64,000 nt of DNA from Betaproteobacteria bacterium (GTDB taxonomy: Bacteria > Pseudomonadota > Gammaproteobacteria > Burkholderiales > Burkholderiaceae_A): NCBI GenBank assembly GCA_016868305.1, contig VGHK01000006.1:2573-66572 (forward strand), read 5' to 3'. Under the pieces are notes generated by a model that worked only from the letters and a program-made list of their open reading frames with translations, ran no database searches and was not told the DNA's origin. The position numbers and the translations under genes were made by a program. This document shows positions 1-7,812 of the stretch, piece after piece (positions within the stretch are counted from its first letter, which is position 1; each line of letters starts with the position of its first letter).

Positions 1-152
1 GTGTGTAAGTGGGCTCTCCACTTGCGCTTCCTACGCGATTTCACCAATGATCAGTCGCTCATTTTTAGCATACTGTTTCAAAAAAAATTAACTTTACTTC
101 CTGTCAATCTGGCCTGCTATCTTGTCTCACAACCTAATTACGAGATCGTTGA

Positions 153-461
153 ATGCTTTTCGCCTTTATCCTATTAGATAAGCCTGATTCCAAGGTTCTT
201 CGCCAACAGCACCGCCCCGCCCATAAGCTCTACCTCGGGCAGGTAGCCCAGCAGATTGCATTTGCGGGCCCGTTGCATGCAGACGATGGCCAGTCCATGA
301 TCGGTAGCCTTCTAGTCATCGACTTTCCTTCTGTCGCGCATGCGCGCAACTGGTTGTCCCAAGAGCCCTTTACCCAGGCTGGCATCTATGGCCGCACCGA
401 GATATTTCCCTTTTCTAACCTATGGCCTCAGAAGGCTGGATTTCCCAAGGAGACCGCATGA
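153..461 (+). CDS. YciI family protein
   Basis: 102 aa; MLFAFILLDKP...RQQHRPAH, AGPL, GSLLVIDF and EPF motifs typical of YciI; its TGA overlaps the next ATG (ATGA at 458-461). Confidence 0.85.
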   Translation: MLFAFILLDKPDSKVLRQQHRPAHKLYLGQVAQQIAFAGPLHADDGQSMIGSLLVIDFPSVAHARNWLSQEPFTQAGIYGRTEIFPFSNLWPQKAGFPKETA

Positions 462-1336
462 CCAAAAAATATGCGCTGTTAAGCGATAGGGCGCCCTACA
501 GCCCTATTGTGGGTAGACCCGCTTTAAGACTTCCCAGTGGAAAAAAGCTGGCGGTCTGGGTAATCGTTAACGTGGAGCACTGGACTATCGCAGGGGCTAT
601 GCCACGCACCGTATTGCCGCCTCCTATGGGCCAGACGCTGCTACCCGACCTGGCCAACTGGTCCTGGCATGAATACGGCATGCGGGTAGGCTTTTGGCGC
701 ATATTCGACGCCCTGAAGCAGCGTGGCATTCGTCCGACCATGGCTGTCAATGGCATCGTCTGTTCTAGCTATCGCCCCATTGCCGAGGCTGCACATAAAG
801 AAAACTGGGAGTTCATGGGCCACGGCTATCTTCAGGGCCCTATGCACCGGCTCGAAGACCAGTACCGCGAAATTGAAAAGACCGTTACTGCAATCAAAGA
901 GATTACCGGTAAAGGGCCGGTGGGCTGGGAGAGTCCGGGTCTCACCGAAACCGATACGACCCTCGACTATCTCTCTGCCAACGGCATTCGGTATCTGGCC
1001 GACTGGGTCATTGACGACCAACCGTGTTGGATAGAGGCAGAGCCCCAAAAGATGGTCTCGGTACCATATACGGTTGAGCTTAACGACATTCCGGTATTTG
1101 CCCTCCAGAACCACAGTTCTGATGAGTTCTACAAGCGCGGGGTACTCCAACTCGAGCGCATGGTAAAGGACAGCCAGACATCTACCCGTGTTATGGCAAT
1201 CAGCGTACACCCTTACCTCACGGGTGTTCCTCACCGTATCGCTGCGTTCGAAAAGTTCTTAGACCTAGTGATGCAAGAGAAAGATGCCGAGATCATGACC
1301 GGAGAAGAGATCTATCGCTGGTTTATCGGCCAGTAA
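458..1336 (+). CDS. Polysaccharide deacetylase-fold hydrolase (PuuE allantoinase-like)
   Basis: AVWVIVNVEHW, WHEYGMRVGFWRI, HGY, GWESPG and SVHPYLTG motifs. Start moved from 422 to the ATG at 458 (AAGGAGA upstream, ATGA coupling to yciI). Confidence 0.8.
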   Translation: MTKKYALLSDRAPYSPIVGRPALRLPSGKKLAVWVIVNVEHWTIAGAMPRTVLPPPMGQTLLPDLANWSWHEYGMRVGFWRIFDALKQRGIRPTMAVNGIVCSSYRPIAEAAHKENWEFMGHGYLQGPMHRLEDQYREIEKTVTAIKEITGKGPVGWESPGLTETDTTLDYLSANGIRYLADWVIDDQPCWIEAEPQKMVSVPYTVELNDIPVFALQNHSSDEFYKRGVLQLERMVKDSQTSTRVMAISVHPYLTGVPHRIAAFEKFLDLVMQEKDAEIMTGEEIYRWFIGQ

Positions 1337-1352
1337 AAGCGTCTGTCGGAAT

Positions 1353-1388
1353 AAAAAAACAGGGCCCCCGCGCGCAGGCGAGGGCCCC
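1353..1388 (-). terminator. Probable intrinsic terminator of the LLM gene
   Basis: GGGCCC..CGC/GCG..GGGCCC stem (1362-1387) preceded by A7 on +, which reads as a U-tract on -; lies between convergent genes. Confidence 0.6.
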
Positions 1389-1413
1389 AATTTGAGGTGA
1401 GAAAACAGTCAAA

Positions 1414-2541
1414 TTAAGCTGCGACAGCAACCGGTGCCTTCTTCTCTTTGGCAATTGCGGCATTGACGCGTGGCATAACCTGTTCTGCCATCAGTTGCAT
1501 CGACTTCTTGCCGAGCACTGGGTCTTGCCAATCGTGGCACGGATAAAGCAGCGTACCGAAGTCACCGACCTGTTCGCGAAAGGCCAGAATCTGGTCAACA
1601 ACACTGTTGACCGAACCCGCGAAAACCAGCTCTTTGGTCATGCGGTCGGGTGTGATTGCCTCATCAGGCTCGTTCTGGTCCCGCTTAAACAGGTTAGACC
1701 GCCCACCAAACCCTACGAGCTTACGAATAAGTTGCTTGAAGTAGAAGTGATAGGGGCCGTCAGAGGAATGCCCATAGCGTTGGGCAAGCTTGTCATCGCT
1801 TTCGGTAACAAAAATACTACGCGCCACGCGCCAATTCGCGGGATCCGCGGGGCGACCGCCCTCGGCACACCCTTGCACATAGCTGGGCCAATGAGACTTT
1901 ACCCAGTCAGATAGTAAGAAGTTGGCCGATATGGGCTCCCACCCGCGCGCGGCTGCACTGGCAACACCCTTAGAGAAAGGGGCCACAGCGGTAACTACGA
2001 TAAGGGGGTGCGGCTTCTGATATGGGCGCAGGATGATCCCTTGACCAATCTCTGGAATCATCGTCCTTGCGGTGGTTACCTTGAAATACTTACCTTCGAT
2101 GTTATACGGCGCCTCAGACTCCCAGATCTTTAGAACCGTGTTTATGCCCTCGACGAACATCTCAAGCCGGTTCTCGACATCGAGGTTGCCAAAGACCTCC
2201 ATGTCAGACTTCAGCCCGCCAGGGCTGATGCCCATAATGAATCGCCCTTTGAGCATATGGTCGAGCATGGCTACCTGGGCCGCAATTGCCGCAGGGTGGC
2301 TGTTTGGTACGTTGATCGTGCCGCTACCAAGCATGATCTGCTTGGTACTAAAGGCTAGACTACTAAGAAACATTAGGCAGGACGTTACGTTTTCGGCTAG
2401 GTCGGTGACATGTTCGCCGACATAGGCCTCTGAATAGCCCAGTTCGTCGGCGAGGATGATCGCCTCCCGATCCTCTGCAAGGGTCTCAAAAGGCTTTCGA
2501 GTGGGGGGATGCAGAGGCATCATGAAAGTTCCAAGCTTCAT
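1414..2541 (-). CDS. Luciferase-like (LLM class) flavin-dependent monooxygenase
   Basis: MKLGTFMMPLHP, ADELGYSEAYVGEH, HPAAIAAQVAMLDHMLKGRFIMGISPG: bacterial luciferase-fold motifs. Confidence 0.9.
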   Translation of the reverse strand: MKLGTFMMPLHPPTRKPFETLAEDREAIILADELGYSEAYVGEHVTDLAENVTSCLMFLSSLAFSTKQIMLGSGTINVPNSHPAAIAAQVAMLDHMLKGRFIMGISPGGLKSDMEVFGNLDVENRLEMFVEGINTVLKIWESEAPYNIEGKYFKVTTARTMIPEIGQGIILRPYQKPHPLIVVTAVAPFSKGVASAAARGWEPISANFLLSDWVKSHWPSYVQGCAEGGRPADPANWRVARSIFVTESDDKLAQRYGHSSDGPYHFYFKQLIRKLVGFGGRSNLFKRDQNEPDEAITPDRMTKELVFAGSVNSVVDQILAFREQVGDFGTLLYPCHDWQDPVLGKKSMQLMAEQVMPRVNAAIAKEKKAPVAVAA

Positions 2542-2634
2542 TGTTTACCGCTCCTGTACAAGATTTTTGGGCGTGAGACTTACCAACCTAACGAAATCCC
2601 GATATACAACAACTAAAAACCATCGTATTCTCTG

Positions 2635-2654
2635 TTGATCTAAAGATCAATAAC
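2635..2654. promoter_or_regulatory. Putative operator, site A (TTGATC-TAAA-GATCAA-TAAC)
   Basis: Perfect inverted repeat in the divergent LLM / dehydrogenase intergenic region; near-copies in four other promoter regions. Confidence 0.6.
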
Positions 2655-2684
2655 AGATTTCCCTTAGACAGAAGGCATATTCTA

Positions 2685-3677
2685 ATGCAGCGCAACAAAT
2701 CAACCGTCGGCGTCGTGGGTCTGGGTATTATGGGGTCTGCCATAGCCTCAAACCTTCAAAAGGCTGGATTTTCAGTCATGGGCAGTGACCCACGGGCTAG
2801 CCAGCGCAAACTCATGGCCTCCAAGATTTCTGTGGTCACGGGCATCAACGCAGAGGTACTGGCCCATAGTCGGCTTCTTATTACCTCGTTGCCGTCGGCA
2901 AAGTCGCTCTTTGCTGTCGCCGAAGAGCTCATAGCAGCGGTCTCTGCGGGGAAACAAAAGTCGAAGGGTCCAGCTGCCATCGTTGCAGAGACAAGCACCC
3001 TGAGCCTGGAAGACAAGGTTTATGCCCGGGATATCTTTGCCAAAGGCAATATTGAGATGCTCGACTGTCCGCTTTCGGGAACGGGTGCCCAGGCTCAGAA
3101 CCGAGACCTAACCGTGTTCGCCAGCGGCTCAGCCACGGGTATCAGGGCATTTATGCCGGTATTTAAGGGCTTCTCAAAGACCCAGTTCAACGTAGGTGAA
3201 TTCGGCAGCGGGATTAAGACTAAATGGGTGGCAAACCTTCTGGTTGCAATTCACAACATCTCCACCGCCGAGGCGCTTTTGTTTGCCCGTGAGCTTGGGC
3301 TCGATATGTCCACGATTGTTGATGTCCTGGCCGATGGGGCCGGGTCTTCGCGCATGCTGCAGATCCGAGGTCCTTCAATGGTGCGTCATAACTGGCAGCC
3401 CGCCGCCATGAAGGTGGGAATATGGAAGAAGGACATGACGATTATCCAGACCGTTTTACAGTCTCTTGATATACCGGCGCCGCTCTTTCAGGCGAGCCTT
3501 CCCATATATGCCGCCGCCATGTCTCAGGGCCTTGAGGCCGACGATACCGCAGCGGTCTTTGAGGTGCTCGAAAGGCTTGCTGGAAAGGTCGCCACCGAAA
3601 AATCTGGCAAGACCGACGGCAAGAGAAGTCCCGCGGGCACGGCTAAGGCCTCCAAGACCAGAAAGTCTTCGACATGA
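2685..3677 (+). CDS. NAD(P)-dependent oxidoreductase, 3-hydroxyisobutyrate/6-phosphogluconate dehydrogenase family
   Basis: GVVGLGIMG Rossmann motif, DCPLSGTG, K..ANLLVA; Lys/Ser-rich C-terminal tail. Confidence 0.88.
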   Translation: MQRNKSTVGVVGLGIMGSAIASNLQKAGFSVMGSDPRASQRKLMASKISVVTGINAEVLAHSRLLITSLPSAKSLFAVAEELIAAVSAGKQKSKGPAAIVAETSTLSLEDKVYARDIFAKGNIEMLDCPLSGTGAQAQNRDLTVFASGSATGIRAFMPVFKGFSKTQFNVGEFGSGIKTKWVANLLVAIHNISTAEALLFARELGLDMSTIVDVLADGAGSSRMLQIRGPSMVRHNWQPAAMKVGIWKKDMTIIQTVLQSLDIPAPLFQASLPIYAAAMSQGLEADDTAAVFEVLERLAGKVATEKSGKTDGKRSPAGTAKASKTRKSST

Positions 3678-4201
3678 AGTATTCCGACTCTATGGCGAAT
3701 CCCTCTGATACAAAAGCCTTTCGAGCCGCGCTGGGACGATTCCCCACTGGGGTTACCATTATTACGGGCAGAGATCCAGATTCTGACGCTGCTGTTGGTC
3801 TTACCGTAAGCAGCTTTAACTCGCTGTCTCTAACGCCTCCGCTGGTACTCTGGTCTATCTCGGTAAAATCGCCAAGTATCAGCGCCTTCACCGTTGGCCG
3901 CGCGCATCTTATTCATGTGCTGCACGCAGGGCAGTCTGAGCTCGCGCGACACTTTGCAACCCCAAAGCCCGATAAGTTTGAGGGTGTGTCTCTTAAGCCC
4001 ACCACCGACCCATCACGTTCGCCTGAGCTATCAGAGAGCTGTGTCGTTTTTGACTGTGTAACCGACAAATTTATCGAGGCCGGCGACCATTTTCTGGTGA
4101 TTGCGTCTGTGCGCCAGTACCGGGGTTGTGATGCCGACTCTTTGCTGTTTTGCAACAGTCAGTTTTTGTCGGTTGATGCACTTTCCAGGATTACCGAATA
4201 G
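3674..4201 (+). CDS. Flavin reductase family protein
   Basis: FRAALGRFPTGVTIIT, GLTVSSFNSLSLTPPLVLWS, AGDHFLVI motifs. Confidence 0.92.
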   Translation: MKYSDSMANPSDTKAFRAALGRFPTGVTIITGRDPDSDAAVGLTVSSFNSLSLTPPLVLWSISVKSPSISAFTVGRAHLIHVLHAGQSELARHFATPKPDKFEGVSLKPTTDPSRSPELSESCVVFDCVTDKFIEAGDHFLVIASVRQYRGCDADSLLFCNSQFLSVDALSRITE

Positions 4202-4378
4202 ACGATTTGGCTCCAGCAATAAATAGCGCCACCGCATCTTCCACTTTTTGGTAAAACCGAGGAAGACTACCGGATTTAAAGATGTTAGACCGGACTGCCC
4301 AATAAAACATGATTCCATGAAGATTCCAGGCTACCTCGATCTCCCGTGGAAGAACTGACTGTAAGTTAGAAAGTCATA

Positions 4379-5614
4379 ATGAAAAGAGCAATCGTGGTTG
4401 GAGGTTCCATGGCTGGACTATTTGCTGCGAATCTGCTTCATCGCAGTGGCTGGCATGTGGATGTCTTTGAGCGGTCAAAGGCTGCGCTATCCGGTCGTGG
4501 TGCAGGAATAGTTACCCACGACGGCCTTTTGTACGCCCTGCAGGCAGCCGGTGCTCAGGTCGATGATGCTCTGGGTGTGGGGATTCATAAGCGACTAGCT
4601 ATATCCAAAGCCGGAGACCCTTTCGCCTACTGCGATTTCGAGCAGGTTCTTACTTCTTGGTCACGTCTTTTAGGCTATCTGAAAGAGGCCTTGCCTGATC
4701 CGCACTACCATTTGGATGAAGAGGTTGTAGAAGTGCAGCCCGGTACTTCTGAGGCATTAGCGCGGGTTACCTTTGCGAGCGGCGAGTCTCTGACTGCCGA
4801 CCTAGTAGTGGCCGCCGATGGCCTGAAGTCGTCTCTTAGGCGTCAGCTTCAGGTCCCGTTTCGCCAGGTCTATGCTGGATATGTTGCCTGGAGGGCCGTC
4901 TGCGACCTGTCGGTGCTCTCGGACAACACGCGGCGGCTTATGGGGGATACCTTTCTCTTCTCCCAGCTTCCCGGAGAGCAGATTCTTGCCTACCCGATCG
5001 CAGGTCCTCAGCGAGCGGATCAGATTCTGGTGAATATGGTCTGGTATCGGCGCACCCCAGAAGACCAGCTCCGAGATCTTCTTACCGATGAACAGGGGGT
5101 CTGGCATAGCGAGGGAATACCTCCCCATAAAATTCGACATTCCCATATCGACAAAATGCGTACCAATGCGGTCGCGCTTTTCCATGCCTCTTGGGCGGAA
5201 CATCTGGAGAAGTCTGATTCCATCATTCTGCAGCCGATATTCGATAGCGAAGTGGAGACGATGGCCACGGGCCGTGTTGCCTTTATTGGTGATGCAGCCT
5301 TTGTAGCCCGGCCCCATGTTGGACAGGGCGTTACGAAGGCAGCAGGAGATGCCCTGTGTCTCGCCAAGACCCTGCGCGACGCAGCCATGGGGGATATTCC
5401 GAAGGCGCTCACGGCCTTCTCCGAGGCGCGTATGCAAGTTGGCCGTATGGCGGTAAACCATGCGAGGCAGATGGGGGCCCCCGTCGTTATCAGTCCTCTG
5501 TTAGAAGATGGATCGCACTGGCAGGCTTATTACTCAGACCCCGAGAACCTTATCCGAGATACCGCTGTAGAGCTTGAGGGTGTGGTGCGCAAAGATGAGG
5601 GAATCCTGCATTGA
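4379..5614 (+). CDS. FAD-dependent monooxygenase, 2,6-dihydroxypyridine 3-hydroxylase (DHPH)-like
   Basis: VVGGSMAG, ERS..LSGRGAGIV, ADG, YAGYVAWR, AYPIAG, NMVWY, GRVAFIGDAAFVARPHVGQG: pattern of the DHPH family. Confidence 0.8.
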   Translation: MKRAIVVGGSMAGLFAANLLHRSGWHVDVFERSKAALSGRGAGIVTHDGLLYALQAAGAQVDDALGVGIHKRLAISKAGDPFAYCDFEQVLTSWSRLLGYLKEALPDPHYHLDEEVVEVQPGTSEALARVTFASGESLTADLVVAADGLKSSLRRQLQVPFRQVYAGYVAWRAVCDLSVLSDNTRRLMGDTFLFSQLPGEQILAYPIAGPQRADQILVNMVWYRRTPEDQLRDLLTDEQGVWHSEGIPPHKIRHSHIDKMRTNAVALFHASWAEHLEKSDSIILQPIFDSEVETMATGRVAFIGDAAFVARPHVGQGVTKAAGDALCLAKTLRDAAMGDIPKALTAFSEARMQVGRMAVNHARQMGAPVVISPLLEDGSHWQAYYSDPENLIRDTAVELEGVVRKDEGILH

Positions 5615-5686
5615 AGCCCCCTTCCGAGTCCATTCTGTATGAAACTGCTTTAAATCAAACCTATCTATTTTTATAAAGGGAAACCT

Positions 5687-7810
5687 ATGACGGGATTGCA
5701 TGTTGGCGTCGATATTGGAGGCACCTTCACCGATTGTGTCGTGATCACAGAGAAAGGATCGGTGGTGACAACAAAGTCACCCTCGACCCCGCCGCACTTT
5801 GCCGATGGCATGGTGTCGGCCATGGAACTTGCAAGTGCAGAGCTTGGGCTTGTCTTTAAGGATTTCTGCCAGAAGATATCCGTCCTGACTCATGGCACAA
5901 CGGTGGGTACCAACGCCTTGATTCAGCGCAGGGGGGCCAAGGTCGGCCTGATTACTACCAAAGGCCATGAGGATGCCATTCATATCATGCGTGGCTCGCG
6001 GGGTGTTACCTCGCGGAACCTCAACCAGGTAGTGCACTTCCCTGAGAGCCAGAAGCCGGTTCCTATCGTGCCAAAGAAGTGGGTGCGTGGCGTCTCAGAG
6101 CGGGTCGACTGCATGGGGGAAGTGATCGTCCCCATCAACAAGGACGATGTAGAGCAAGCAATTACCGAGTTATTAGACCAAGGCGTTGAGGCTATCGCGG
6201 TCTGTCTCTTGTGGTCATTTAAGACGCCTGCCCACGAGCGTTACATTAAGGAACGCATTCTCAAGCGGGCCCCCGACATGTTTGTTTCGTGCTCGGTCGA
6301 TCTGGCGCCTAAGTGGGGGGAGTATGAGCGTATGACTGCAACGGCACTAAACGCCTACATTGGCCCAGTGACCTCGGACTATCTGAAAAAGCTCGACCTG
6401 CGACTGAAGTCGGCGGGCTATACCAAGCCGCTACAGATTACGCAGTGCGGTGGCGGCTCTATTTCAGTAGAGAGGGCAATCGAAGCCCCACTGCTTACGC
6501 TCGACTCTGGCCCCGTATCTGGCGTCACCGGGTCGCAGTTCTTGGGGCGCATACTGAACATCGACAACGTGATTACCACCGACATGGGGGGCACTTCGTT
6601 TGACGTGGGAATTATTCATGCTGGCCAGCCCTCGTTCAGCTTCATGGCTAATGTGGCCCAGTATGAGTACTTTATTCCTAAGGTGGATATCCAGGCGATC
6701 GGCTCGGGTGGCGGGTCTTTGGCAGTGGTCGATCGTCTTACAAAGACGCTACGGGTCGGTCCAGAGTCCGCGGGTGCCAATCCAGGGCCTGCATGCTATG
6801 GCAAAGGTAACGAGACGCCTACAGTGACCGATGCTGATCTCGTGCTTGGCTATATTGACCCCGATAATTTTCTGGGCGGAAAGATTGTTCTCGATAAGGG
6901 GAAGTCTGTCGCCGCGGTACAGCGGGTTGCCGACCAGCTCGGTCTGAGTCTGTACGAGACTGCGGCGGGAATCGCAAAGATCGCCGAGTTTAAGATGGCC
7001 GATATCATTCGCAAGACTACGGTCGAAAAAGGCTTAGACCCGCGCGACTTTTCGCTTTTCGCCTTCGGAGGTGCAGGCCCGGTGCATGCGGGTATTTTTG
7101 CCCGTGAACTGGGCGCCCAGAAGGTTCTGGTTCCCCTGAACCGTGTTGCCTCAACCTGGTGTGCCTTTGGTGCGGCAACCGCAAGCCTGTTGCATATTCA
7201 CGAGCGGGTTGAGATCCTATCTTCACCATTTCAGATCAAGCAGGTCAATGCCGTGCTGGCAGAGCTCTACGCTGCTGCCAGCAAGCAGATGGGCGCCGAC
7301 GGTATTCCCGCCTCGGGCCGCCGGTTTCAGTTCTCGGTGGATATGCGGCACCGGGGCCAGATTAATGAGGTGGAAGTGCCTCTGTCCGATGACGCGGTGA
7401 AGGCCGGTATGAAGCTCGCCGACAAAGACCTTGCTGCATTAATCGAGCGGTTCTATGGTCGCTATGAGGCCATTTATGGCCGGGGGTCTTCGTACCGTGA
7501 CTCTCGACTCGAGATGGTGACCTTCCGCCTGCGTGCCATGGGTGCCTCGCGCACGGTCACCCTGCCAATGGCTAAGCGAAGCGCGGCAGCCATTAAGGAG
7601 AAGGCCAAGACCGGAAAGCGGAAGGTCTATTGGACGGACCTTGGCAAGCAGATGATTACACAAGTTTATAACGGCGAGCTGCTTGATTATGGCAATACTG
7701 TTGCTGGTCCTGCCATTGTAGAAACTAGCCACACTACCATTGTTGTCCATCCCCAGCAGAAGCTGCTCGTGGATGCCTACGGAAACTTTGAACTGAAGCT
7801 CGGGAGATAG
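5687..7810 (+). CDS. Hydantoinase/oxoprolinase subunit A (ATP-binding)
   Basis: GVDIGGTFTD, THGTTVGTNAL, DMGGTSFDV, GSGGGS, GPESAGANPGPACY, FGGAGPVH. Confidence 0.93.
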   Translation: MTGLHVGVDIGGTFTDCVVITEKGSVVTTKSPSTPPHFADGMVSAMELASAELGLVFKDFCQKISVLTHGTTVGTNALIQRRGAKVGLITTKGHEDAIHIMRGSRGVTSRNLNQVVHFPESQKPVPIVPKKWVRGVSERVDCMGEVIVPINKDDVEQAITELLDQGVEAIAVCLLWSFKTPAHERYIKERILKRAPDMFVSCSVDLAPKWGEYERMTATALNAYIGPVTSDYLKKLDLRLKSAGYTKPLQITQCGGGSISVERAIEAPLLTLDSGPVSGVTGSQFLGRILNIDNVITTDMGGTSFDVGIIHAGQPSFSFMANVAQYEYFIPKVDIQAIGSGGGSLAVVDRLTKTLRVGPESAGANPGPACYGKGNETPTVTDADLVLGYIDPDNFLGGKIVLDKGKSVAAVQRVADQLGLSLYETAAGIAKIAEFKMADIIRKTTVEKGLDPRDFSLFAFGGAGPVHAGIFARELGAQKVLVPLNRVASTWCAFGAATASLLHIHERVEILSSPFQIKQVNAVLAELYAAASKQMGADGIPASGRRFQFSVDMRHRGQINEVEVPLSDDAVKAGMKLADKDLAALIERFYGRYEAIYGRGSSYRDSRLEMVTFRLRAMGASRTVTLPMAKRSAAAIKEKAKTGKRKVYWTDLGKQMITQVYNGELLDYGNTVAGPAIVETSHTTIVVHPQQKLLVDAYGNFELKLGR

Positions 7811-7812
7811 TC

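Noticed and set aside
1-62. Start of a minus-strand gene at the left edge, possibly the missing regulator
   Set aside because: Too little sequence (at most 15 codons) to support any call.
2635-2650. FNR/Anr box
   Set aside because: Half-site spacing is TTGAT-N6-ATCAA rather than N4.
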